From NCBI GenBank assembly GCA_001791325.1, contig MGEK01000033.1:8370-72369 (forward strand): a DNA stretch of 64,000 bases, read 5' to 3'. Positions 38,522 through 48,546 of this stretch are shown one piece after another. The stretch's first letter is position 1, and each line of letters begins with the position of its first letter. The position numbers and the translations under genes were made by a program. Origin of the DNA: Candidatus Uhrbacteria bacterium RIFCSPLOWO2_01_FULL_47_25 (GTDB taxonomy: Bacteria; Patescibacteriota; Patescibacteriia; GWA2-46-9). The notes beneath the pieces were generated by a model. The model was not told the DNA's origin. It did no database searches and saw only the letters and a list, made by a program, of their open reading frames with translations.

Positions 38522-39310
38522 GTGACTATGGAAAAACTTTTTATCAAAAATCGTAAGGGTCAAAAAATCGCGGTCATAGTTGAGAAAAACGTTGACCAGC
38601 GGGGGCTGACTTTTGTGATGCACGGTCTCGGCGGTTTTAAAGAGCAAGATCACATCCAAACTTTTGCTGATGCTTTTAAGGAGAAGGGTTATACGGTAAT
38701 CCGTTTTGATACCACAAACACTTTTGGTGAAAGTGACGGGAACTATGAGGATGCGACGACCACAAATTATTATGAAGACTTGGAGGATGTTATTGAATGG
38801 GCTAAGAAACAGCCGTGGTATGAGCAGCCATTTTGTTTAGCAGGACACAGTTTGGGCAGTATATGCATAGCTTTGTATGCAGAGAAATATCCTGACAGAG
38901 TTAAGGCGCTCGCTCCGATATCAACAGTGGTGTCTGGTAAATTAAGTATAGCTACGGAAAAACACAAGAAAGTAGCAGAAGAATGGCAACGAACAGGATG
39001 GCGCGTAGAAAACGGCTATGCAGGCATTGTCAAAAAGCTTAAGTGGTCGCATGTGGAAGATCGCTTGAAATATGATCTTTTGCCGGAAGCTAATAAGCTC
39101 ACCATGCCTGTTTTGCTTATTGTCGGCGAAAATGATGATGGCACTCCCCCAGAACATCAGCAAATACTGTATGAAAAACTTCCCGGCAGAAAGGAGCTTC
39201 ATATAATTAAAGGTGCGCCGCACACCTTTCGGGAGAAAGACCATTTAGCCGAAATCAAAAAGATATTTTTGCGCTGGATTGATAAGTTTTTGATCACACC
39301 CAAGGCATGA
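38522..39310 (+). CDS. Alpha/beta hydrolase (esterase/lipase-like)
   Basis: Nucleophile elbow GHSLGS. HG oxyanion segment VMHGLGG. Confidence 0.65.
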   Translation: MTMEKLFIKNRKGQKIAVIVEKNVDQRGLTFVMHGLGGFKEQDHIQTFADAFKEKGYTVIRFDTTNTFGESDGNYEDATTTNYYEDLEDVIEWAKKQPWYEQPFCLAGHSLGSICIALYAEKYPDRVKALAPISTVVSGKLSIATEKHKKVAEEWQRTGWRVENGYAGIVKKLKWSHVEDRLKYDLLPEANKLTMPVLLIVGENDDGTPPEHQQILYEKLPGRKELHIIKGAPHTFREKDHLAEIKKIFLRWIDKFLITPKA

Positions 39311-40062
39311 AAAAAATCGTGGCCATTGGCGGCGGAGAAATTGGGAGGCCAGGCTATCCCATTGAAACAACTAGGATAGACAAAGAAATAATTCGGTTGT
39401 CGGGCAAGAAAAATCCTAAACTGCTTTTTGTTCCTACGGCTAGTTCTGATTCTGAATCCTATGTTGAGGTCGTAAAAAAACATTTTGGCAAGAAATTGAG
39501 ATGCAAAACTGATGTTTTGTATCTAGCTAAAAAAAGACCAAGCAAAAAAGAAATCAAAGAAAAAATTTTTCAATCTGACATTGTCTATGTTGGAGGGGGT
39601 AATACTCTTAAAATGATGAAGATCTGGAGAAGCACGGGCGTTGACAAACTTCTGAAACAAGCTTACGAAAAAGGAGTAGTTCTTTCTGGGATAAGCGCCG
39701 GGGCAATTTGTTGGTTCAGGCAAGGAAATTCTGACTCAAGACGATTTGCTAATCCAAAAGCAGGCTTAATTAAAGTCTCGGGCTTGGGTTTAATAGATAT
39801 GCTTCTCTGCCCCCACTATAATTTTAAAGATAGAGAGGCGGATCTCAAAAAAATGATGAAAAAATCAGCGGGAGTCGCCATAGCGCTTGACAATTGTTGC
39901 GCCATTGAATTTATGGACAACAAATACCGAGTCATCTCTTCAGAGTCATCGGCCAACGCTTACATGGTTTACTGGAAAGCGAATAAATATCACAAAGAAA
40001 TAATTAAAAAAACAAAAAAGCTGATGCCAATTAAGGATTTAATGTGTCTAATTAAAACATAA
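39307..40062 (+). CDS. Peptidase S51 family (dipeptidase E/cyanophycinase-like)
   Basis: Class-I glutamine amidotransferase-like fold, VYVGGGNT and the nucleophile segment GISAGA. Confidence 0.6.
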   Translation: MKKIVAIGGGEIGRPGYPIETTRIDKEIIRLSGKKNPKLLFVPTASSDSESYVEVVKKHFGKKLRCKTDVLYLAKKRPSKKEIKEKIFQSDIVYVGGGNTLKMMKIWRSTGVDKLLKQAYEKGVVLSGISAGAICWFRQGNSDSRRFANPKAGLIKVSGLGLIDMLLCPHYNFKDREADLKKMMKKSAGVAIALDNCCAIEFMDNKYRVISSESSANAYMVYWKANKYHKEIIKKTKKLMPIKDLMCLIKT

Positions 40063-40066
40063 TAAA

Positions 40067-40945
40067 ATGAAAGCAAATATAAAGAAAATAGCCTTGCTTG
40101 CTGGCATTGCCATATTTTTGGCAAGCGGGCTAATTTCTGTAAAGTTTTTTTCAACCAGCAAAACCGCAAACACAAAAGTAAGCGGAATGTATTTCGGCAA
40201 TCAGGAATGGGGTGGAGAAATTGCAGTTACTGGTGATACAGAAATAATTGGTAATCTGACCGTTTCGCCCGGTACGGTTGTCAAATTTGTTGTTGGCGAC
40301 GATCGCGGCCGGGGCGATGAAGTTGAAAAAGATGGCTTTAATGACAACGATCCTACCAGACTGCGGTCATACACTGCCACTCATTCTAGTCTTTTTGTGT
40401 TTAGAAAGTTAATCGCTCAAGGAACAAAAGAAAAAAATATTGTTTTTACGTCTGCCGCCATGGAGCCCCGTCTTGCTGACTGGGAATCTATAGTTTTTCG
40501 CGGTGATGGCAGTATTGTGGATAATGTAGTAGTGGAATATTCGCGAAATGGTCTCAACCCAATGGGGAGTCAGCCAAACAGCGTTATAAAAAACAGTGTT
40601 GTTCGCCACGCTTTGTGGGGCACTATTTCTTCGGCCAACTCATCAATCAAGATAATCAACAATTATCTATCCGATGCTGGTCACGAAGGTATAGACCTTG
40701 CCTACAAAACAGAGCAAATAGTACGAGGCAATACCATTGAAGATTGCCACACCGGTATTGCCGCAATGGATGGTTCGGCTATAATCGAAAATAACACCAT
40801 AAGAAATTGTGGTGACGGCATATTTATTAATAAAGGCGCGTCACCGAAAGTTTATAACAACACTATCGTTATTGCTCCGGCAGACAGCAAGCGCGAATGG
40901 CGTTATGATAACTATGTTATCCCAATTTTTAGTGATCCCGAATAG
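40067..40945 (+). CDS. Right-handed parallel beta-helix repeat protein (pectate-lyase/NosD-like), secreted or membrane-anchored
   Basis: Tandem PbH1-type repeats (NNTIRNCGDGIFIN, GNTIEDCHTGIAA, NSVVRHALWGTIS). N-terminal TM/signal. Confidence 0.55.
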   Translation: MKANIKKIALLAGIAIFLASGLISVKFFSTSKTANTKVSGMYFGNQEWGGEIAVTGDTEIIGNLTVSPGTVVKFVVGDDRGRGDEVEKDGFNDNDPTRLRSYTATHSSLFVFRKLIAQGTKEKNIVFTSAAMEPRLADWESIVFRGDGSIVDNVVVEYSRNGLNPMGSQPNSVIKNSVVRHALWGTISSANSSIKIINNYLSDAGHEGIDLAYKTEQIVRGNTIEDCHTGIAAMDGSAIIENNTIRNCGDGIFINKGASPKVYNNTIVIAPADSKREWRYDNYVIPIFSDPE

Positions 40946-41063
40946 GGATAAAGCCGATACTTCTGGTAAGACGCCCTTGCCATTTGGAAGGTGGTAAGTG
41001 TGAAACGAAAAAAGAATTTACCGCCATAAAACATGGGGTTTAATTAATCTTGAATACATAAAC

Positions 41064-42185
41064 ATGTACAATATAATTATCAAAGCGAGGGACACTATAA
41101 TCAGTTTTTTTTATAAGGTGATTCTCAAAAGGATTTTTTTCTTGAGCGATCCGGAAGATGTTCACGACCGGATGATTGGCGTGGGAAAGTTTTTGGGCCG
41201 TTACGCCATAACACGTCGCACGACCGCGTTTCTTTTTTCATATTCTCACCCCATGCTGGAGCAAAACATTCTGGGAATAAATTTTTTCAATCCTATCAGT
41301 CTCGCCGCCGGCTTTGACAAAAACGCTGAACTGATTGATATTCTTCCTTCTGTTGGTTTTGGTTTTATGGAAGTCGGCTCAATTACTGGTGAGCCGTGTG
41401 CGGGCAATCCCAAGCCGAGACTTTGGCGGTTAGTAAAATCAAAAGCGCTGGTTGTGTATTATGGATTAAAAAATGACGGCGCCGAGGCAATCGCCGCAAG
41501 ATTGAAAAATAAAAAAACGACCATTCCACTTGGCATCAGTATTGCCAAAACAAATAGTGAAAAAACAATAGAAACAGAGGCGGGCATTAGTGATTATGTT
41601 AAGGCGTATGAAAAATTTATTAACATTGGCGATTACTGCACAATTAATATTAGCTGTCCCAATGCGTATGGCGGTCAACCATTCACGAACGCAGAGAGTT
41701 TAGAAAAACTTTTAAATAGAATTGACACCATCCTTGCATCTAAACCGATTTTTTTAAAAATTTCTCCAGATTTAAATCACGATGAAATTGACGGAATAAT
41801 TGAAGTGGCTGGACGCCATAAAATATCGGGATTTATCTGCACTAACCTCACCAAAAATAGAAATAATGAAAAAATTAAAGACGCGGCAGTGCCAGAAAAG
41901 GGCGGCATGAGCGGCAAAGTGGTTGAAGAATTGGCTAACGAGTTAATTAGTTATATTTACAAAAAAACAAACGGCCAGTTTGTAATTATCGGCTGCGGCG
42001 GAGTGTTTAGCGCCAAAGATGCTTATAAAAAAATCAGAGCCGGTGCTTCCCTTGTTCAGCTTATTACTGGTATGATATATGAAGGTCCGCAAGTTATCAG
42101 TGAAATAAACCAAGGCCTTATTTCTTTGCTCGCTCGCGATGGTTTTTCAAATATCAGCGAAGCCGTTGGTGCGGACAATCGTTAA
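41064..42185 (+). CDS. pyrD: Dihydroorotate dehydrogenase (quinone), class 2
   Basis: GFGFMEVGSITGEPCAGNPKPRLWRL and the FMN-binding TIM-barrel layout. Confidence 0.8.
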   Translation: MYNIIIKARDTIISFFYKVILKRIFFLSDPEDVHDRMIGVGKFLGRYAITRRTTAFLFSYSHPMLEQNILGINFFNPISLAAGFDKNAELIDILPSVGFGFMEVGSITGEPCAGNPKPRLWRLVKSKALVVYYGLKNDGAEAIAARLKNKKTTIPLGISIAKTNSEKTIETEAGISDYVKAYEKFINIGDYCTINISCPNAYGGQPFTNAESLEKLLNRIDTILASKPIFLKISPDLNHDEIDGIIEVAGRHKISGFICTNLTKNRNNEKIKDAAVPEKGGMSGKVVEELANELISYIYKKTNGQFVIIGCGGVFSAKDAYKKIRAGASLVQLITGMIYEGPQVISEINQGLISLLARDGFSNISEAVGADNR

Positions 42186-42202
42186 GATTCTAGAATAAAA
42201 AA

Positions 42203-42649
42203 GTGATTATGACGGAAATTAAATTAAAATCAATTGGCTTTGCCAAAAATCAGGAAGCTAAACACGTTGGCGGCTGGGCTGGCGTGGTCACTGATCTGGT
42301 TATTGAAAAACCATACGAAGACGCTCTCTTGGGCCTCAATGACTATTCTCATCTCATTGTGATTTACTGGATGCATGAGGTTAATAAATGTGAACTTAGG
42401 CACGTGCCACAGGGTAAAGTTGGCGTGGTGCCTGAAGTCGGAATTTTTGCCTGTCGCTGTACTCATCGTCCCAATCCAATTGGCGTCTCAACAGTCAAAA
42501 TTTTGGAGATTCAAGATAATATCATTACCGTGCAAGGGCTTGACGTTATTAACAACACGCCCATTGTTGATATTAAACCATATACGCCGCAGTATGATGC
42601 TATTTCTGAAGCCAAAGTTCCAGATTGGGTGAATAAACTAGATTATTGA
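42203..42649 (+). CDS. tsaA: tRNA (adenine37-N6)-methyltransferase TsaA/YaeB family
   Basis: HRPNPIGVSTVKIL and GLDVINNTPIVDIKPY are TsaA signatures. Confidence 0.65.
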   Translation: MIMTEIKLKSIGFAKNQEAKHVGGWAGVVTDLVIEKPYEDALLGLNDYSHLIVIYWMHEVNKCELRHVPQGKVGVVPEVGIFACRCTHRPNPIGVSTVKILEIQDNIITVQGLDVINNTPIVDIKPYTPQYDAISEAKVPDWVNKLDY

Positions 42650-42682
42650 TAATAGCAGGCTGTTTAGTTTTGAGTTTTAAAG

Positions 42683-43567
42683 ATGCCCGATTCAATTATA
42701 AACTGTAGTGATCCAAAAAGCGCCGACGTGGTTTTGCTCGGCGCCAACTATGACGTTACCTCGTCGTTTGGTAAGGGCGCCGATAAAGGGCCGGCCGCCA
42801 TTATCGGTTGCCTTGACAAGCAGATTGAATTCTACGAGCGCTTCACAAAAACAGCGCCGGCTGACCAGTTGAAAATTGCTTACCATGATCTTGGCGATCT
42901 GAACACTCTCTTGCCAGAGGCCATGGTGGAGCGCGTGCGAGGCATTTATGAAGAATATTTTAAGGCCGGTAAATTTTTAGTTCTTCTGGGTGGCGAGCAT
43001 TCTGTGAGCAATGGCCCATGGCAGGCCATGGCCAAGCGCGAAGACGCTAAGGGTATAACCATTTTGCACATTGACGCTCATTTTGATTTGCGCGACACAG
43101 ACGCTGATTATCACGATGAACCTTTTGGCAAATTTGCTCATTCTTGCGTGATGCGCCGCGCCGTTGAATTAGGTTTTAATACTACTCATGTCGGCGTTCG
43201 GGCGTACTCAAAAGATGAATATGATTTTGCTAAAAGCAAGGGCTTGGCCATCTTTGAGTGGGGGCAGGGCGAAACGCCAACGCCAGAAGAGATTATCGCG
43301 ACTATAAAGACAGACAAGGTTTATTTAACCATTGATGTTGACGGCATTGATCCTGCTCATATGCCAGCGACCGGCACGCCAGTGCAGGGTGGGTTAGAAT
43401 GGTATTACACACTTCAGCTTCTTCAGAAATTATTTCAGAAAAAAAATGTGATTGGCGCCGATATTGTGGAAGTCGCGCCGCGTGCAGCCGACACTTTGAC
43501 CGAATATGGCGCCGCACAAATTTGCTATAGCATCATTGCTTATAAATTCATGTCCAGTGGCCTATGA
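42683..43567 (+). CDS. Arginase-family ureohydrolase (agmatinase-like)
   Basis: Mn-binding motifs GGEHS, DAHFDLRD, TIDVDGIDPA. Confidence 0.7.
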   Translation: MPDSIINCSDPKSADVVLLGANYDVTSSFGKGADKGPAAIIGCLDKQIEFYERFTKTAPADQLKIAYHDLGDLNTLLPEAMVERVRGIYEEYFKAGKFLVLLGGEHSVSNGPWQAMAKREDAKGITILHIDAHFDLRDTDADYHDEPFGKFAHSCVMRRAVELGFNTTHVGVRAYSKDEYDFAKSKGLAIFEWGQGETPTPEEIIATIKTDKVYLTIDVDGIDPAHMPATGTPVQGGLEWYYTLQLLQKLFQKKNVIGADIVEVAPRAADTLTEYGAAQICYSIIAYKFMSSGL

Positions 43568-44745
43568 CAATATTGATAGTTGGCGCCGGAGCCGTGGCCT
43601 CGGTTATAAGCAGGCACTTAGCGCGGGATCGCGGAGTTTCTAAAATCATCTGCGCGTCCAGAAATATCAAAAGAGCCAAACAATTCATCAACTCTCAAGA
43701 CCGCAAGATAAAATTAATTTTTTTGGATGCCTCGCGTATCAACGGCATCATCAAGGCCGCCAAGGGCGTCGATCTAATCATTAACGCTAGTCTCCCCGCC
43801 TTTAATGAAAATATAATGACGGCGGCTCTTAAGGTCGGAGCAAATTACCAAGATCTGGCCTCGCGACTACTGGATTTAAAAACCGTGGAACAGCTGAAAT
43901 TCCACGCGCGCTTTAAGAAAGCCAAACTCGTTGGCCTTATCAATACTGGTGTCGCTCCGGGCGTGACCAATCTTCTCGCGAGACTTGCCGCTGATAAATT
44001 AGATGAGGTTCGCTCCATACGTTTTCGGCTTTTAGAGGAGCAAGAGGCCAGTGAGCTGATATTTGCCTGGTCCGCCGAAACTATTTTGGATGAATTAACC
44101 GCTCCGCCGATTGTTTACAAGAATGGAAAATTCATTTTTACTAAACCATTTAGCGACCAAGAAGAATATCAATTTCCTTCTCCTTTCGGCAAAAAGCGAA
44201 TGTTTAGTATTTATGGCGACGAAGTAGCGACTATCCCTCGTTACATTAAAGTCAGGCATGTAGATTTTAAATCGTCGGGCACGGACATTGAACTTGCCAA
44301 AGCCCTGTATCGTTTGGGTTTATTTAATAAAAGACCGATCAGCTTTGATGGCCGTCAAGTAATTCCGGTAAAATTTTTTTCTAGGCTCGCTCCAAAAGTG
44401 CCGAGCCCGGGCGAGATGCGCGGCATGATACAAAGCGGTGTTGTTGATAATGCTATCTTTGTCGCGGTTGTTGAGGTTGAGGGCAAACAAGCTGGACACA
44501 ATCTAATCATTAAAAACAGCGCCATATTTCCTGATTTAAAAGAAATTTCAAAGAAGTTTTCTGGCGCGACTTATATTTCTTATCCCACAGGAACAGCAGC
44601 TTACGCGTTTGCCAAAATAATTCCAAAGATTAAAACATACGGCGTCTTCCCGCCAGAAGCGCTTCGGGCCGAGGAGCGGAAAGAGGTTTTGAGAGAGTTG
44701 GAAAGCAGAAATATTGTCATCAATGAATCATATTCAAGAAGGTGA
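43564..44745 (+). CDS. Saccharopine dehydrogenase NADP-binding-domain protein (possible carboxy(nor)spermidine dehydrogenase)
   Basis: N-terminal Rossmann ILIVGAGAVASVISRHLA. 4-nt overlap with the agmatinase-like gene. Confidence 0.45.
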   Translation: MTILIVGAGAVASVISRHLARDRGVSKIICASRNIKRAKQFINSQDRKIKLIFLDASRINGIIKAAKGVDLIINASLPAFNENIMTAALKVGANYQDLASRLLDLKTVEQLKFHARFKKAKLVGLINTGVAPGVTNLLARLAADKLDEVRSIRFRLLEEQEASELIFAWSAETILDELTAPPIVYKNGKFIFTKPFSDQEEYQFPSPFGKKRMFSIYGDEVATIPRYIKVRHVDFKSSGTDIELAKALYRLGLFNKRPISFDGRQVIPVKFFSRLAPKVPSPGEMRGMIQSGVVDNAIFVAVVEVEGKQAGHNLIIKNSAIFPDLKEISKKFSGATYISYPTGTAAYAFAKIIPKIKTYGVFPPEALRAEERKEVLRELESRNIVINESYSRR

Positions 44746-45477
44746 TTTGGCGCGCGGTTTGCGCTATGGCTGTTCAACCAGAATTGACGGCACGATGCTC
44801 GTTGCCACCAACAATGAATTGTTTCTCCTTGGTCAGCAAAACAGAGAAAAATTTTTTCAGCAGAGTAACATCAATCACTGGGCAGTTTGTCGCTTGGCGC
44901 ATGGTGCTGATATTCGCGTTGTTACCATGTCTGATGATAAAACCGTTGCTTATGGTTGTGACGGTTTGGTAACTGCCACGCTGAATTTATTTTTGTGTTT
45001 GACTGTGGCTGATTGTTTTCCAGTTTATTTTTGGAGCAAGAATAAAAAAGCGAAGCCGCGCACCCCGCCGCGCGGGTGATTGGTTTAGCACACGCGGGCT
45101 GGCGCGGCGTTAGCGGTAATATTGTTGGTAAAATGGTCTCAAAAATAAATTCAGAGTTTGCCTGCAACCCAGGAGATCTTATGGCCGCCATCGGCCCGGG
45201 CATCCGGCAATGTCATTTTGAAGTCAAGGAAGATGTTTTGAATAATTTTTTTGATTTTCCAAAGCAAATAGCAACGAGAAACGGCCGGACATATATTGCT
45301 CTTGCGGGAATTTTAAAAAAACAGTTGAGTGCGTCTGGCGTCTTGCCAAACAATATTGTCGATAGCGACGAGTGCACTTATTGTTTGGGAGAAAAATATT
45401 TTTCTTACCGTCGCGACAAAACAGACCCCATAGAAGCAATGCTTGCTTATATTGGCCTGGAGAGCCGGGACCTCTAG
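44714..45477 (+). pseudogene. pgeF: Frameshifted peptidoglycan editing factor PgeF/YfiH (DUF152)
   Basis: ORFs 44714..45079 and 45076..45477 together carry the YfiH motifs VADCFPV and HAGWRG. The frames join at the A6 run AATAAAAAAG near 45041-45050; one extra A restores a single ORF. Confidence 0.6.
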
Positions 45478-45559
45478 ATATATCCGCTTTTTTAAAGAAA
45501 GACCCGGGCATTTTGCTCGGGTCTTTTGAGTCCCTCCTTTCCCTCATTCTTTGATGTCT

Positions 45560-48271
45560 TTACGGTAAAGCCACGTCCCAGTCAGCCATTGCTTCCCTTG
45601 TCCGCGGCCGCGCGTATGGAACAAGGTCTTCGGAAATACTGACCTCCCGTCCTATTACGGAAATCATGGCCCAGCGATCCCAGTATGCCAGGTTATGAAT
45701 AAGCTGACTCCCGAGTAGCTCGCTGATGGCATCGCGGCTAGCCGCATAAAGCGTGCTGGACCCCTCATCAGCTACGGACATCATGACTATCGTTCCGACG
45801 GGCAGGGTTTCGAGAAATGAGACGAGTCGGCTCCCGGCCTCAGCGTCACTCCATGTATCAAACGATTTCAATTCAAGCAGTACGCCGGTCGCCGGGTCGA
45901 TCGTAGCGACGTTAATGCCACGTCCGCCACCTCCTCCACCAGTGGTATTGTAAAACACCACCCCGTCCCTTACAAAAACAGCATCCCCGCGGCCGCCGAG
46001 TTTGCCGGAGATAGCCTCAAGGCGGATGGTGACCCCATTTGCTGGAGCAAACTGAATTTGCTCGCGACGCCTCCACTGCGGGAAGGGCTCAACCGACGCG
46101 ACGTTGTCCCAGTCGTACTCTGGACTTTTCCGAACGCCGAAGTCCTTTGTTTTGCCGGGCTTAATGCAGTCGTAGGTCGCGAAGAGGTCACCCACGAACA
46201 TACAGCGATCATCACCCGTTGGAAAATCGGCGGGATAACCGGCGTAGAGAGTTTCATAGCCAATGAACTGTCCTTGCGCGTCTTTCAAGATCGTCGGGCC
46301 CCGAACAGAACTGGCCGTTTTCTGATTCTGATTGGCTAGCGTCACTACATAGGAGTAGTTGGGGAAAGCTGTTGGACTATACTTGACCTCGACAACTGTT
46401 AGCTCGGGGTCTGGCACCGAAACAGTTGTCCTGACTCCCTGGAGCTGAATCCCGGCCGCGGTCAATGGCGTGTCTGATGAATCAAGTTGAAAACTAAACA
46501 CGCCTTGATCTCCTGGGCGCAAGCAGTTATCGCTAAACCTGTCATATTCTTCGTCAATGAGAGTCTGACAGGAAATATTGGGGAAAAAGCTACTATACCT
46601 ACTGAGCGCCAAAACAGCCCGTGCCTGGCAGTACGCCACCGTTCCAACGTTTTCCACAAGAACTCTTTGGCCTCGATACTCTTGGCCGATCAGTACGAGC
46701 CCACGAACCAATAGATCCGAGGTTGTTTGTGGGCCAGAAGTAGTCGGCGTAAATGTCACCGTCCGCGTTGCCGTGGCGGTTGGAGTGACTGAAGGCGTTG
46801 ACGTGACCGTTCGTGTGGTGCTCGCCGTAGATGTGGACGTTCTGGTCGGAGTTGCTGTCCGTGTTGGGGTGTTCGTGAGAGTTCGGGTTGGTGTCCACGT
46901 TGCCGTCGCGGTACGAGTTGGAGTCTGCATGACCGTCAGCGTACTGGTTGCCGTACCTGTAGTGGTCGGCGTTGCCGTGACCGTTGAGCTCGCTGTCGCC
47001 GTGAACGTCGGCGTTGAGGTTGCACTTGGAGTGACTGTATAGGTCAGCGTCTGCGTAGCCGTGGACGTTCTGGTTGGAGTTGCCGTTCGCGTCGCCGTTG
47101 CTGTGCTTGTGACCGTCGGCACCGGAGGTGGAAATCTACATATAATGCCTTGCGGTAAATCCGCAAAGGGATCAGAAAGGGCACACACCCCGCCAGGCAG
47201 GAAGTATGTCCCAGCTGGACACGTATCACCGGCTTGAACTTCTTGGCACGAACCAAAATTTCCAGAAACGTCACCACAACAACCCGCTTGACTGACCGGT
47301 GTATTCGTTGCAGTCAGCGTCGGCGTTCGCGTCGCCGTTGAAGTAGGTGTGATGGTCGCAGTCCGCGTCGGCGTATCCGTTGTGGTGTTCGTCGGCGTCG
47401 CCGTGCGTGTTTCGGTGGGCGTGTTCGTCGGTGTACGTGTCCATGTCAGTGTTGCTGTCACTGTTGTGGTCGGCGTTGCCGTGAACGTTCGTGTAGCGGT
47501 GCCAGTCGGCGTCGCCGTGACTGTGTTCGTGGCCGTCGTGGTGAAGCTCGGCGTTACGGTGGTGCTTTTCGTCACTGTCCAGGTGGGAGTCACCGTAACC
47601 GTGGCAGTTGAGGTGGTTGACGGCGTTGACGTTCGTGTGGCGCTCGCCGTAGCCGTGGACGTTTGACTCGGTGCCGGCGAGAAACTGCTGGTCCGAGTAG
47701 CACTGCTCGTTGCTGTGGCAGTCCATGTCGGAGTCCCAGTCCCTGTGGCAGTCTTGGTTGGCGTTAACGTCCGTGTCGCTGTCAATGTCCTCGTTGCCGT
47801 AACTGTCTTGGTTGGCGTTATGGTCCCACTCGAGGTTACGGTAGCGGTTGGCGTTGCCGTGCGAGTCGAGGTAACCGTTGGCGTGTTCGTTGTAGTCGTC
47901 GTTACCACTTTTGTCGGTATTCTGGTCGGGGTTTGCGATGCGGTTACGGTCACTGCTGTGGTGCAAGCCATCGTTGGTGTGGGGCTTGATAAACCACACC
48001 CATTCAAGGCATTATTCACCGCGCCCAATAGCTCATCGATGGTTACCCGACCATCACCATTACCGTCGCATTCGCACTGACACGGCTCGCCAGAAATTGG
48101 GCACCCACTCAGCGCATTGTCAATGCACCCCACCAATTCGTTAACCGTGACAATGCCATTGTTGTTACCATTGTCATCACCGAGACATCCAGGACACGAC
48201 ATAGCCTGGACTTGAAGTGTCCATGCGATCGCCGTTATGGTGAGCGCTATGGCAGAATTCCTGCGTATCAT
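45560..48271 (-). CDS. Large secreted protein: signal peptide, two dockerin-like Ca-binding repeats, ~350-aa Thr-rich low-complexity linker, C-terminal ILEI/FAM3-like domain; high-GC
   Basis: Dockerin-like DDNGNNNGIVTVNELVGCI and DGNGDGRVTIDELLGAV. (T-x-T-P)n tracts. C-terminus GRGINVATIDPATGVLLELKSFDTWSD…GTIVMMS…LGSQLIHNLAYWDRWAMISVIG aligns to the ILEI/FAM3 core (RGINVA…DMWGGD…GTVVLM…LGS…NLGFRDSWVFIG). Confidence 0.6.
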   Translation of the reverse strand: MIRRNSAIALTITAIAWTLQVQAMSCPGCLGDDNGNNNGIVTVNELVGCIDNALSGCPISGEPCQCECDGNGDGRVTIDELLGAVNNALNGCGLSSPTPTMACTTAVTVTASQTPTRIPTKVVTTTTTNTPTVTSTRTATPTATVTSSGTITPTKTVTATRTLTATRTLTPTKTATGTGTPTWTATATSSATRTSSFSPAPSQTSTATASATRTSTPSTTSTATVTVTPTWTVTKSTTVTPSFTTTATNTVTATPTGTATRTFTATPTTTVTATLTWTRTPTNTPTETRTATPTNTTTDTPTRTATITPTSTATRTPTLTATNTPVSQAGCCGDVSGNFGSCQEVQAGDTCPAGTYFLPGGVCALSDPFADLPQGIICRFPPPVPTVTSTATATRTATPTRTSTATQTLTYTVTPSATSTPTFTATASSTVTATPTTTGTATSTLTVMQTPTRTATATWTPTRTLTNTPTRTATPTRTSTSTASTTRTVTSTPSVTPTATATRTVTFTPTTSGPQTTSDLLVRGLVLIGQEYRGQRVLVENVGTVAYCQARAVLALSRYSSFFPNISCQTLIDEEYDRFSDNCLRPGDQGVFSFQLDSSDTPLTAAGIQLQGVRTTVSVPDPELTVVEVKYSPTAFPNYSYVVTLANQNQKTASSVRGPTILKDAQGQFIGYETLYAGYPADFPTGDDRCMFVGDLFATYDCIKPGKTKDFGVRKSPEYDWDNVASVEPFPQWRRREQIQFAPANGVTIRLEAISGKLGGRGDAVFVRDGVVFYNTTGGGGGGRGINVATIDPATGVLLELKSFDTWSDAEAGSRLVSFLETLPVGTIVMMSVADEGSSTLYAASRDAISELLGSQLIHNLAYWDRWAMISVIGREVSISEDLVPYARPRTREAMADWDVALP

Positions 48272-48546
48272 CTGAAACCCTCCTTGTTCTGTAGACCTCT
48301 TGTCTATACACCCTTTGTTATTGGCCCTTATGAGATTTTCAAGGTTCGCTGTCGCCTCCTGCCCCCTATTTACCTCTCTTTAGCTATATTTGTCAATTTT
48401 ATATTTTCTATTTTGCATTCCACATTTTATTCGCGCGAATTTGCCCAACGCACCAGTCCGCCTCGGGCGGATAAAGTCGTGGAGCTTCACTTTTGTCATT
48501 ACCACTTCGGCAAAGTCTCACCAAGACCCCATACGCAGGTGCGTTT

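Noticed and set aside
46578-48080. Val-rich plus-strand ORFs (e.g. 46578..47042, 47349..47666, 47715..48080) and the His/Asp-rich minus ORF 47271..47999
   Set aside because: Alternative-frame readouts of the repetitive ACN-GTN DNA encoding the Thr-rich linker of the 903-aa protein. A continuous 903-aa frame with signal peptide and a C-terminal ILEI domain is the coherent gene.
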